Source: an uncultured Actinomycetota bacterium
GTDB taxonomy: Bacteria > Actinomycetota > Actinomycetes > Propionibacteriales > Nocardioidaceae
NCBI GenBank assembly: GCA_963737725.1
Contig: CAVTTO010000001.1
Coordinates: forward strand, 22,730 to 86,729
Length of the DNA stretch: 64,000 nt
Direction of reading: 5' to 3'
The position numbers and the translations under genes are program-made. Below are positions 44,979 to 54,201 of the stretch, piece after piece. The first letter of the stretch is position 1, and the number at the start of each line of letters is the position of its first letter. Below the pieces are notes generated by a model. The model did not search any database. It saw only the letters and a program-made list of their open reading frames with translations, and was not told the origin of the DNA.

Positions 44979-47809
44979 GGCTGCCGATCGCCGCCGCCTC
45001 GGCCTCGACCGGCGCCACCTGCGACTCGACCGCCTCGGCGTCGCCCGATCGCGCCTTCGCGACCTGGACGGCCGTCACCTTGTACTCCGGACAGTTCGTC
45101 GCCCAGTCGGAGTTCTCGGTCGTCACGACGTTCGCCCCGGAGACCGGGTGGTGGAACGTCGTGTAGACCACGCCCACGGGCATCCGGTCGGTGATCTTCG
45201 CGCGCATCGTGGTCGCGCCGACGCGACTGCTCAACGTCACGAAGTCGCCGTGCGGTGATCCCGCGGACGTCTGCGTCGTGCGGGTGCACCTCGAGCACGT
45301 CCTCGGAGTGCCAGGTCACGTTCGCCGTACGACGGGTCTGCGCGCCGACGTTGTACTGCGACAGGATCCGGCCGGTCGTCAGGATCAGCGGGTAGCGCCG
45401 GGTGCTGCGCTCGGTCGTCGCGACGTACGGCGTCGGGATGAAGTGGCCGAGCCCGCGCGCGAAGGTCTCCGTGTGCATGATCTCGGTGCCGGTCGGGTTG
45501 TCGGCGTTGCAGGGCCACTGCACCGACTCCGACCTTGTCGAGCAGGTCGAACGACACACCGGCGAAGGTCGGCGTGGTCTGCGCGATCTCGTCCATGATC
45601 TGCGAGGCGTCGTCGTAGTGCATGTCGTAGCCCATCGCCTGGGCGATCTCGCAGGCGACCTCCCACTCGTGCTTGCCGACGCGCGGCGGCATCACCGGGC
45701 GGACCCGGTTGATCCGGCGCTCGGCGTTGGTGAACGTCCCGTCCTTCTCGAGGAACGACGTCCCCGGCAGCAGCACGTGAGCGAACTTGGCCGTCTCGTT
45801 CTCGAACAGGTCCTGTACGACGAGCAGGTCGAGCGACGCCAGCGCCGCGTGCACGTGCTGGGTGTTCGGGTCGGACTGCGCGACGTCCTCGCCCTGGATG
45901 AACAGCGCGCGGAACGTGCCGTCGAGCGCGGAGTCGAACATGTTCGGGATCCGCAGCCCCGGCTCCTCGAGGATCGTCGAGCCCCAGAGGTCGTCGTAGA
46001 TCTTGCGCACCGCGGGGTCCGACACGTGCCGGTAGCCGGGCAGCTCGTGCGGGAACGAGCCCATGTCGCAGGAGCCCTGCACGTTGTTCTGTCCACGCAG
46101 CGGGTTGACGCCGACGCCCTCGCGGCCGATGTTGCCGGTGGCCATCGCGAGGTTGGCCATGCCCATCACCATGGTCGAGCCCTGGCTGTGCTCGGTGACG
46201 CCGAGGCCGTAGTAGATCGCGGAGTTCGGCCCGGCGGCGTACATCCGGGCGGCCGCACGCAGGTCCTCGGCCGGTACGCCGCTCACCGACTCCAGCGCCT
46301 CGGGCGAGTTCTCCGGCGAGCGCGATGAAGTCGGCCCACTCCTGGAAGCCCTCGCACCGCTCGGCGACGAAGTCCTCGGCGACCAGGCCCTCGGTCACGA
46401 CGACGTGCGCCATCGCGTTGATCACCGCGACGTTGGTGCCGGGCGCGAGCTGCAGGTGGTACGACGCCTCGATGTGCGGGCGTGCGGACCAGGTCGATCC
46501 GGCGCGGGTCGACGACGATCAGCTTGGCGCCCTCGCGCAGCCGCTGCTTCATCCGCGACGCGAACACCGGGTGCCCGTCGGTCGGGTTGGCGCCGATCAC
46601 GACCATCACGTCGGACTGGTCGACGGACTTGAAGTCCTGGGTGCCGGCCGAGGTGCCGAAGGTCTGCTTGAGGCCGTAGCCCGTCGGGGAGTGGCAGACC
46701 CGCGCGCACGTGTCGACGTTGTTGTTGCCGAAGGCGGCGCGCACCATCCGCTGGACGACGTACACCTCTTCGTTGGTCGTGCGCGACGACGTGATGCCGC
46801 CGATCGAGCCGGCGCCGTGCTCGGCCTGGATCTCGCGGAAGCGCCGGGCGACGAAGCCGATCGCCTCGTCCCACTCGACCTCGCGCCACGGGTCGGTGAT
46901 CTTCTCCCGCATCATCGGCTTCATCACCCGGTCGGGGTGCGACGCGTAGCCGAACGCGAAGCGGCCCTTCACGCACGAGTGGCCCTCGTTGGCGCCGCCG
47001 TCCTTGTAGGGCACCATCCGGACCAGCTCGGTGCCGCGCAGCTCGGCCTTGAACGAGCAGCCGACACCGCAGTAGGCGCACGTGGTCAGCACCGACCGGG
47101 TCGGCATGCCGAGGTCGACGACCGTCTTCTCCTGCAGCGTCGACGTCGGGCAGGCCTGCACGCAGGCACCGCACGAGACGCACTCGGAGTCGAGGAAGCT
47201 CTCCCCCGCGCTCGCCGACACCATCGAGTCGAAGCCGCGGCCGCTGATCGTCAGCGCGAGCGTGCCCTGCACCTCGTCACAGGCGCGGACGCAGCGCGAG
47301 CAGACGATGCACTTGCTCGGGTCGAAGTCGAAGTACGGGTTGGACGTGTCCTTCTGCGCCTCGAGGTGGCTCTCGCCCTCGTAGCCGTAGCGGACCTCGC
47401 GCAGCCCGACCACGCCGGCCATGTCCTGCAGCTCGCAGTCGCCGTTGGCCGGGCAGGTGAGGCAGTCGAGCGGGTGGTCGGAGATGTAGAGCTCCATCAC
47501 GTTGCGGCGGAGCCTGGCCAGCTTCTCGCTCTGCGTGGTGACCTTCATGCCCTCGGAGCACGGCAGCGTGCAGGACGCGGGCGTGCCCTTGCCGCCCTCG
47601 ACCTCGACGAGACACAGCCGGCACGACCCGAACGCCTCGAGGCTGTCGGTCGCGCACAGCTTCGGGACGTCGACGCCGGCCAGCGCGGCCGCGCGCATGA
47701 CCGAGGTGCCTTCGGGCACGCTGACGGCCTGGCCGTCGATCTCGAGCTCGACGGTGGCCGGACCGGGTCGCTTCGGCGTACCGAGGTCGGGTTCCTTGAT
47801 CAGGGTCAT
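44971..47809 (-). pseudogene. fdsA: NAD-dependent formate dehydrogenase alpha subunit (molybdopterin), frame interrupted 4 times as assembled
   Basis: ATG 47809 follows GGAGGGA. The N-terminus has 2Fe-2S and 4Fe-4S cysteine blocks (CATDSLEAFGSCRLC, CIVCSRCVRAC, CVSCGACVQACP, TTCAYCGVGC). The MopB core and C-terminal MopB_CT (TENSDWATNCPEYKVTAVQV) follow. Joints lie near 46479 (GGG run), 46320, 45535 and 45252. Confidence 0.9.
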
Positions 47810-49509
47810 GATGGTCCCTCCGTCGTGCTCGTTGCGGTGTCGCCGGCGTTGCTGGTGGTGCTCGTACTGCTGATACTGCTCGCTCCGGTGGTCGTCGGAG
47901 CGCCGGCGCGGCGTGCCGGTCGACCAGCTCCACCGTCGCACGCGGCGGCGGCGTCACGCCCGGCTTGTCGAAGTCCTCCGGGAAGTGCTGGATGGCGCTG
48001 CGCACCGGCATCGGTGTCAGCCCGCCCATCGCGCACAACGAGCCGTCGACCATCGTCTCGCACAGGTCGTCGAGAAGCACGAGGTTCTTGTCGCGTTCTT
48101 GGTCGGCGATGATCCGGTCGATGACCTCGACGCCGCGCACCGACCCGATCCGGCAGGGCGTGCACTTGCCGCAGGACTCCTCGGCGCAGAACTCCATCGC
48201 GAACCGGGCCTGCACTGCCATGTCGACGGTGTCGTCGAAGACCACCACGCCGCCGTGCCCGACCATCGCGCCGGCCGCGGCGAACGCCTCGTAGTCGAGC
48301 GGCAGGTCGAACTGCTCCTCCGGGAGATAGGCGCCGAGCGGGCCACCGACCTGCACGGCGCGCACCGGACGACCCGTGCGCGTGCCGCCGCCGTAGCCGT
48401 TGACGAGGTCGCCGAGGCTGATCCCGAACGCCGTCTCGACGATGCCGCCGCGCTTGATGTTTCCGGCGAGCTGGAAGACCTGGGTGCCGCGCGAGCGCTC
48501 GACGCCCAGATCGGCGTACGACGATCCACCCTCGGCGAGGATGCCGGGCACCGACGCGAGGGTGATCACGTTGTTGACGACGGTCGGCTTGCCGAACAGA
48601 CCCGACAGCGCCGGGATCGGCGGCTTCGGGCGGATCACCCCGCGCTTGCCCTCGAGGCTCTCCAGCATCGAGGTCTCCTCGCCGCAGATGTAGGCACCCG
48701 CGCCGACCCGGACCTCGAGGTCGAACGCCAGGTCGGAGCCGAGCACCGACGACCCGAGCACACCGCGGCTGTAGGCGATCTCGATCGCGGTGCGCAACGT
48801 CTCGGCGGCGGCGGGGTACTCCGAGCGGAGGTAGATGTAGCCCATGGTGGCGCCCACGCGCACGAGCGGCGATCAGCATGCCCTCGATCAAGGTGAACGG
48901 GTCACCCTCCATGAGCATCCGGTCGGCGTACGTGCCGGAGTCGCCCTCGTCGGCGTTGCAGCAGATGTACTTCTGCTCGCCGCCGTCGGCGCCAGCCATC
49001 ATGACGGTCTTCCACTTGATCCCGGCCGGGAAGCCGGCGCCGCCGCGTCCGCGCAGCCCGGACGTGGTGACCTCCTCGGTCACCTGCTCCGGCGTGAGGT
49101 CGAGGGCTCGGCGCAGTCCGGCGAGACCGCCGTGCTGCTGGTACTCGTCGAGCGAGAGCGGGTCGATCACGCCGACCCGCGCGAACGTGATGCGGTGCTG
49201 GTCGCGCAGCCACTCCATCTCGTCGGTGAGTCCGTGCGAGAGACCGTTGTCGGCCCCGTCGAAGAGGCCTTCGTCGACGAGCCGGTCGACGTCGGCGGGT
49301 GTCACCGGGCCGTAGGCGACGCGGCCGCGGTCGGTCGTGACCTCGACCATCGGCTCGAGCCAGAGCAGGCCGCGCGAGCCGTTGCGGACGACGGTGACGT
49401 CGCGTCCCTGCTCGGAGGCGGCGAGCGCGATCCGGTCGGCGACCTCGTCGGCACCGACCGAGCGGGCGGCTGAGTCGCGCGGGACGTAGACCGTGACCGG
49501 CGTACTCAT
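47806..49509 (-). CDS. fdsB: formate dehydrogenase beta subunit (NuoF-like, FMN/NAD-binding); one to two frame interruptions
   Basis: ATG 49509. GLRGRGGAGFPAGIKW, ICCNADEGDSGTY, ...ESCGKCTPCRIGS... The joint near 48862 is LIEGMLIAA | VGATMGYIYLR. A second shift is needed before the TGA at 47806-47808, which overlaps the fdsA ATG (ATGA). Confidence 0.9.
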   Translation of the reverse strand: MSTPVTVYVPRDSAARSVGADEVADRIALAASEQGRDVTVVRNGSRGLLWLEPMVEVTTDRGRVAYGPVTPADVDRLVDEGLFDGADNGLSHGLTDEMEWLRDQHRITFARVGVIDPLSLDEYQQHGGLAGLRRALDLTPEQVTEEVTTSGLRGRGGAGFPAGIKWKTVMMAGADGGEQKYICCNADEGDSGTYADRMLMEGDPFTLIEGMLIAARARGRHHGLHLPPLGVPRRRRDVAHRDRDRLQPRCARVVGARLRPGVRPRGPGRRGCLHLRRGDLDAGEPRGQARGDPPEAADPGAVGSVRQADRRQQRDHPRVGARHPRRGWIVVRRSGRRALARHPGLPARRKHQARRHRRDGVRDQPRRPRQRLRRRHAHGSSGARRAGRWPARRLSPGGAVRPAARLRGVRRGRRDGRARRRGGLRRHRRHGSAGPVRDGVLRRGVLRQVHALPDRVGARRRGHRPDHRRPRTRQEPRASRRPVRDDGRRLVVRDGRADTDAGAQRHPALPGGLRQAGRDAAAACDGGAGRPARRAGAPTTTGASSISSTSTTSNAGDTATSTTEGPS

Positions 49510-50003
49510 GAGGTCTCTCCGTCGATCAGGCTGTCGAGCCGGTCGGCATCGACGCGGCCGTAGAGCATGCCGGCGACCTCGACCGCGGGGCCGAGCGCGC
49601 AGTTGCCGAAGCAGAACACCTGGTCGAGCGCGAACGAACCGTCGGAGGTCGTCTCGCCGTAGTCGATGCCGAGCCGCTGCCGCGCGTGGTCGGCGAGCTC
49701 GCGGGCACCGACCGACTGGCACGCCTCGGCGCGGCAGATGCGCACCTGCGTCGTGGCCGGCGGCGCGTCGCGGAAGTCGTGGTAGAAGGTCACGACGCCG
49801 TGCACCTCGGCGCGCGAGAGGTTGAGCTCGTTCGCCAGCTGCGGGATCGCGGCCGGCGGGATCCAGCCGAGGTTGGCCTGCAGGCTGTGCAGGATCTCGA
49901 TCAGCGGTCCCGGCTCACCGTGGTGAGCAGCGACGGCACCGCTGACGGCATCGGCGAGCACGGCCGGGTCGACCTGGCTGCGCTGGTCGGGAGAGACGCT
50001 CAC
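49506..50003 (-). CDS. fdsG: formate dehydrogenase gamma subunit (NuoE-like 2Fe-2S)
   Basis: GTG 50003. ...EVHGVVTFYHDF...VRICRAEACQSVGA...VFCFGNCALGPA. The stop overlaps the fdsB ATG (ATGA). Confidence 0.85.
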   Translation of the reverse strand: MSVSPDQRSQVDPAVLADAVSGAVAAHHGEPGPLIEILHSLQANLGWIPPAAIPQLANELNLSRAEVHGVVTFYHDFRDAPPATTQVRICRAEACQSVGARELADHARQRLGIDYGETTSDGSFALDQVFCFGNCALGPAVEVAGMLYGRVDADRLDSLIDGETS

Positions 50004-50620
50004 GGCACCAGCCTGCCCCAGACCGTGTCGGTCAGTCGATGCAGGCGCGCCAACGTCGTGTCCACGTCTCCCATTCTGCTCCGCAACCGAGATCGCACCA
50101 CGGTGTCGTCGATGAGGGCCACGTTGGTCTCCACGGTGAGACGCGAGGCCGCGCACGCGGAGCGGATCGCCTCGACGCCGACGGCGAGGTCGGCCACCGC
50201 GTTGGGGTTCGCGATCGGGAGCAGCCGCTCGGAGAGATCGGTGAGCCGCTCGGCCTGCTCGATCACGTCGAGGGGCGGCTGGGTCGCGCGTTCCATCGCC
50301 TCCTGGACGGCAGCGGCCCGGTCGCGGCGCTGCTCCTCGTCGGTGCGTGGGAGCCGGTATGCCGACGCGACCTGCGCGAACGCCTTCTCGTCGGCCTCGG
50401 CGGCGTCCCGGCAGCGAGCGCGCGCCGTGTCGGCCAGCCGGGCGATCTCGCTGGCATGCGGGCTGGCTTCGGGGAAGCGCTCAGCCGGCGTACACCGAGC
50501 GACCATCGCGATCAACGCGGCGCCGAGGGCGGCCTGGAGCGCAGCGGCCGCACCACCCCCGGGCACGGGCGACCCGTCAGCCAGCCGGTCCAGAAAACCG
50601 TCGACGGTCTCGGTCGGCAC
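50000..50620 (-). CDS. cyclodeaminase/cyclohydrolase-family protein (FTCD C-terminal-like)
   Basis: MPTETVDGFLDRLADGSPVPGGGAAAALQAALGAALIAMV... is the typical start of formiminotransferase-cyclodeaminase-type proteins. The stop overlaps the fdsG GTG (GTGA). Confidence 0.75.
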   Translation of the reverse strand: MPTETVDGFLDRLADGSPVPGGGAAAALQAALGAALIAMVARCTPAERFPEASPHASEIARLADTARARCRDAAEADEKAFAQVASAYRLPRTDEEQRRDRAAAVQEAMERATQPPLDVIEQAERLTDLSERLLPIANPNAVADLAVGVEAIRSACAASRLTVETNVALIDDTVVRSRLRSRMGDVDTTLARLHRLTDTVWGRLVP

Positions 50621-50857
50621 CTACCACTCCTCCTTCGACACTCGAAGCTCTCCTGATCGAGGTTGCGCATGTCGCAACGCCGTGGCAACAGGCGAGACAA
50701 CGAGGCCATGTCAAGGCTAACGTGACGTCGGCTCCGCGTCACGGGGTCGGACCAGTTCCGAGGAGCGTTGTCACAAGCTGCTGCAGGCCCGCTGAACGGG
50801 CATTCAGTCAGATGTGGTCCAATCTACTCGTCGGGAGTCACGCAGGAAGGGTCGTCC

Positions 50858-52534
50858 ATGCTGTCGGACATCGAGATCGCCAACGCGGCGAAGCTCAAGC
50901 ACATCTCCGAGGTCGCCCGCGACACGCTCGGTATCGACGAGGAGCACCTCGTCCCCTACGGACACTTCAAGGCCAAGGTCGACCTCGGCTACCTGTCCAG
51001 CCTCAGCGACCGATCCGAGGGGCGGCTGATCCTGGTCACGGCCATGTCGCCGACGCCGGCCGGTGAGGGCAAGACGACCACCACGGTCGGCCTCACCGAC
51101 GCCCTGCACGGACTCGGCCACCGCACCATCGCGTGCCTGCGCGAGCCGTCGATGGGCCCGGTCTTCGGCATGAAGGGTGGTGCCGCCGGTGGTGGCTACG
51201 CCCAGGTCGTGCCGATGACCGACATCAACCTGCACTTCACCGGCGACTTCGCGGCGATCGCGGCGGCCAACAACCTGCTCGCCGCCCTGATCGACAACCA
51301 CATCCACCAGGGCAACGCGCTCGGCATCGACGCCCGCACGGTGACCTGGAAGCGCGTGCTCGACCTCAACGACCGCGCCCTGCGCGACACCGTGATCGGG
51401 CTCGGCGGCACGGCCAACGGCTTCCCCCGCGAGGAAGGCTTCGACATCGTCGTGGCGTCCGAGCTGATGGCGATCTTCTGCCTGACCGAGTCGTGGGCCG
51501 ACCTGAAGAAGCGGATCGGCGACATCGTCGTCGGCTACACACGCGACAAGAAGCCGGTGACGGCGCGCGACCTCGAGGCCCACGGCGCGATGACCGTGCT
51601 GCTCCGTGACGCGCTGGCCCCCAACCTGGTGCAGACGCTCGAGCACGCGCCGGCGTTCGTGCACGGTGGGCCGTTCGCGAACATCGCGCACGGCTGCTCG
51701 TCGGTGATGGCGACGCGCTCCGGCCTCCGACTGGCCGACTTCGTCGTCACGGAGGCCGGCTTCGGTGCCGACCTCGGCGCCGAGAAGTTCGTCGACATCA
51801 AGTGCCGCAAGTCAGGCCTGCGTCCCGACGCGGCCGTGGTCGTCGCGACCGTACGTGCGCTGAAGTACCACGGCGGTGTCGAGGTGGCCGACGTCAACGA
51901 GGAGAACCTCGAGGCGATCGAGAAGGGCATGGCGAACCTGACCCGCCACCTCCACAACATCCGCAACGTCTACGGCGTGCCGTGCGTGGTGGCCGTCAAC
52001 CGCTTCCCGAGCGACACCGACGCCGAGGTCGCGAAGGTGGTCGAGCTGGTCGCCGCCGAGGGCGTGCAGGCGTTCCCCGCGACGCACTTCGCCGACGGGT
52101 CGGCCGGAGCGACGCCGCTCGCCGAGGGTCTGCTGCGCCTGCTGGACGAGCCGTCGCCGTACGAGTTCTCGTTCACGTACGACGACGAGCAGAACCTCAC
52201 CGAGAAGGTCGAGACCATCGCGACTCGCCTGTACGGCGCGGCCGAGGTCACCTGGGACCCCAAGGCTCGGCGCCGGCTGCGTCAGATCGAGGGCGACGGC
52301 TACAGCCACCTCCCGGTCTGCGTGGCCAAGACGCAGTACTCCTTCTCGACCAGCGCCGCGTCACGCGGTGCGCCGCTCGGTCACGCGCTGCACGTCCGCG
52401 AGGTCAGGCTGTCGGCGGGCGCGGGCTTCGTGGTCCTCGTCTGCGGTGACGTGATGACGATGCCGGGTCTGCCGAAGCAGCCGGCGGCGTCGCACATCGA
52501 CATCGACGAGAACGGCGCCATCTCCGGCCTCTAG
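50858..52534 (+). CDS. fhs: formate--tetrahydrofolate ligase
   Basis: ATG 50858. [16 protein letters not shown]...[16 protein letters not shown]...[22 protein letters not shown]...VAKTQYSFS is unmistakable Fhs. Confidence 0.95.
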   Translation: MLSDIEIANAAKLKHISEVARDTLGIDEEHLVPYGHFKAKVDLGYLSSLSDRSEGRLILVTAMSPTPAGEGKTTTTVGLTDALHGLGHRTIACLREPSMGPVFGMKGGAAGGGYAQVVPMTDINLHFTGDFAAIAAANNLLAALIDNHIHQGNALGIDARTVTWKRVLDLNDRALRDTVIGLGGTANGFPREEGFDIVVASELMAIFCLTESWADLKKRIGDIVVGYTRDKKPVTARDLEAHGAMTVLLRDALAPNLVQTLEHAPAFVHGGPFANIAHGCSSVMATRSGLRLADFVVTEAGFGADLGAEKFVDIKCRKSGLRPDAAVVVATVRALKYHGGVEVADVNEENLEAIEKGMANLTRHLHNIRNVYGVPCVVAVNRFPSDTDAEVAKVVELVAAEGVQAFPATHFADGSAGATPLAEGLLRLLDEPSPYEFSFTYDDEQNLTEKVETIATRLYGAAEVTWDPKARRRLRQIEGDGYSHLPVCVAKTQYSFSTSAASRGAPLGHALHVREVRLSAGAGFVVLVCGDVMTMPGLPKQPAASHIDIDENGAISGL

Positions 52535-52549
52535 CTAGCTCCTTGCCGC

Positions 52550-52607
52550 GAATTGCGGGAAAGGTCGCCGCCCGTACGGCGTGTCGGCCGGATCTTTCCC
52601 GCAATTC
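52550..52607. repeat. family-3 inverted repeat (GAATTGCGGGAAAG-N30-CTTTCCCGCAATTC)
   Basis: Perfect 14-bp arms, read directly from the sequence. It lies between the convergent fhs and aldo/keto reductase genes. Confidence 0.8.
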
Positions 52608-52613
52608 CGAGCA

Positions 52614-53651
52614 TCACGCGGTGGAGGGGCCTTCCCAGAGGTTGATGCCGGAGTCGACGGCGTACTCGTCGATCTGCTTCAGCTCGTCGTCGGTGAAGTC
52701 GAGGTTGTCGAGCGCCTTGACGTTCTCCTCCAGCTGCTTGACGCTGCTCGCCCCGATCACGAGTGACGTCATCCGCTCGTCGCGCAGCGCCCACGCCAGT
52801 GCCATCTGCGCGAGCGACTGACCGCGCTTCTCGGCGATCTCGTTGAGGCCGCGGACGCGGGCGAGGTTCTCCTCGTTGAGGAAGTCCTTGTCGATGGTCG
52901 CGTTGGCACCGGCGGCTCGCGAGCCGTCCGGGATGCCGTCGAGGTACTTGCTGGTGAGCATCCCCTGCGCCAGCACGGTGAACGCGATGCAGCCCGCACC
53001 GACGTCGCCCACCGCGTCGAGCAGCTCGGGCTCGATCCAGCGGTTGAGCATCGAGTACGACGGCTGGTGGATCAGCAGCGGCGTCCCGAGGTCCTTCAGG
53101 ATCGCCGCGGCCTCGCGGGTTCGCTCGTCGGAGTACGACGAGATGCCGACGTAGAGCGCCTTGCCCTGGCGCACGGCGGTGTCGAGGGCGCCCATCGTCT
53201 CCTCGAGCGGCGTGTCCGGGTCGAAGCGGTGGCTGTAGAAGATGTCGACGTAGTCCAGGCCCATCCGCTGCAGCGAGTCGTCGAGGCTGGACAGCAGGTA
53301 CTTGCGCGAGCCGAGGTCGCCGTACGGACCCGGCCACATGTCCCAGCCGGCCTTGGTCGAGATGACCAGCTCGTTGCGGTACGGCTTGAGGTCCTCGGCC
53401 AGGATCCGGCCGAAGTTGACCTCCGCGGACCCGTACGGCGGGCCGTAGTTGTTGGCCAGGTCGAAGTGCGTGATGCCCAGGTCGAAGGCGCGGTGGATGG
53501 TCGCGCGCTGGGTGTCGAGCAGGCGGTCGTCGCCGAAGTTCTGCCAGAGGCCGAGCGAGAGCAGCGGCAGCTGGAGTCCGCTGCGACCGCAGCGGCGGTA
53601 GGTCATCGAGTCGTAGCGCGTGTCAGCGGCTTGATAGGTCACGCTCACCAT
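52614..53651 (-). CDS. aldo/keto reductase (L-glyceraldehyde 3-phosphate reductase-like)
   Basis: ATG 53651. ...MTYRRCGRSGLQLPLLSLGLWQNFG...HFDLANNYGPPYGSAE...DIFYSHRFD... Confidence 0.9.
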   Translation of the reverse strand: MVSVTYQAADTRYDSMTYRRCGRSGLQLPLLSLGLWQNFGDDRLLDTQRATIHRAFDLGITHFDLANNYGPPYGSAEVNFGRILAEDLKPYRNELVISTKAGWDMWPGPYGDLGSRKYLLSSLDDSLQRMGLDYVDIFYSHRFDPDTPLEETMGALDTAVRQGKALYVGISSYSDERTREAAAILKDLGTPLLIHQPSYSMLNRWIEPELLDAVGDVGAGCIAFTVLAQGMLTSKYLDGIPDGSRAAGANATIDKDFLNEENLARVRGLNEIAEKRGQSLAQMALAWALRDERMTSLVIGASSVKQLEENVKALDNLDFTDDELKQIDEYAVDSGINLWEGPSTA

Positions 53652-53846
53652 CCTGCCGGAGACAACTCGGCGTTTCAGACGAGCCCTACGCCGTGGACAC
53701 CGCGGGCGATCTGGCCTGAGTTGCGGGTGTTGGTGGTGGACGCGCACCAGATGCCGGGAGCGGCGCAGGTCGCTCGGAAGGGGAAACCTTCCCCCAGCGA
53801 GACCCCTGGACGGGGTACCCCTGACGCTGACCCATGGACGGCACGC

Positions 53847-54134
53847 ATGCTCCAGTCACACCACACACCTCCCCTCGAACCCAACGTGCTCGCGGAGTCG
53901 GTCCTGGCCGCCGCCCATCGGCGCGACCACGCCCACACCGGCACCCACAATCCGTGCCGTCCCCATGTCGTCGAGGTCGTCCACCTCGGCAGCCAGGCGG
54001 TGATGGTCTGCCACGACTGCCTCGAGGACTCCGGCTTCGTCGCGCATCGCCACGCCGAGCACCTCGCCGCCGAGCACCAGCTGCTGACGACGATGGCCAC
54101 CGTCACGCCGCTGGCCAGGTCCGACCTGCGCTGA
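53847..54134 (+). CDS. His/Cys-rich small protein, paralog 1 (hypothetical)
   Basis: ATG 53847, in the frame of listed ORF 53067..54134. The core AAAHRRDHAH...CRPHVVEVVHLGSQAVMVCHDCLEDSGFVAHRHAEHLAAEH is paralogous to 61962..62228. It ends 67 nt upstream of the helicase gene on the same strand. RBS is weak. Confidence 0.55.
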   Translation: MLQSHHTPPLEPNVLAESVLAAAHRRDHAHTGTHNPCRPHVVEVVHLGSQAVMVCHDCLEDSGFVAHRHAEHLAAEHQLLTTMATVTPLARSDLR

Positions 54135-54201
54135 CCGCCGCGACGGGCGTCGATGCGACCGCCGGCCCGTTCGGTGGCGCTGCAGGGCAGGATGGTCGAC
54201 G

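Noticed and set aside
44971-47809. Selenocysteine (in-frame TGA) as the cause of the split fdsA ORFs
   Set aside because: Each break is a change of reading frame, with family-typical sequence continuing in another frame. None is an in-frame TGA. NAD-linked FdsA enzymes use Cys rather than Sec as far as I know.
50621-50857. Possible ZTP (pfl) or THF riboswitch upstream of fhs
   Set aside because: I could not find the GACTGGCG and CCGCCTGGGC cores of the pfl motif on either strand. Only generic small hairpins are present.
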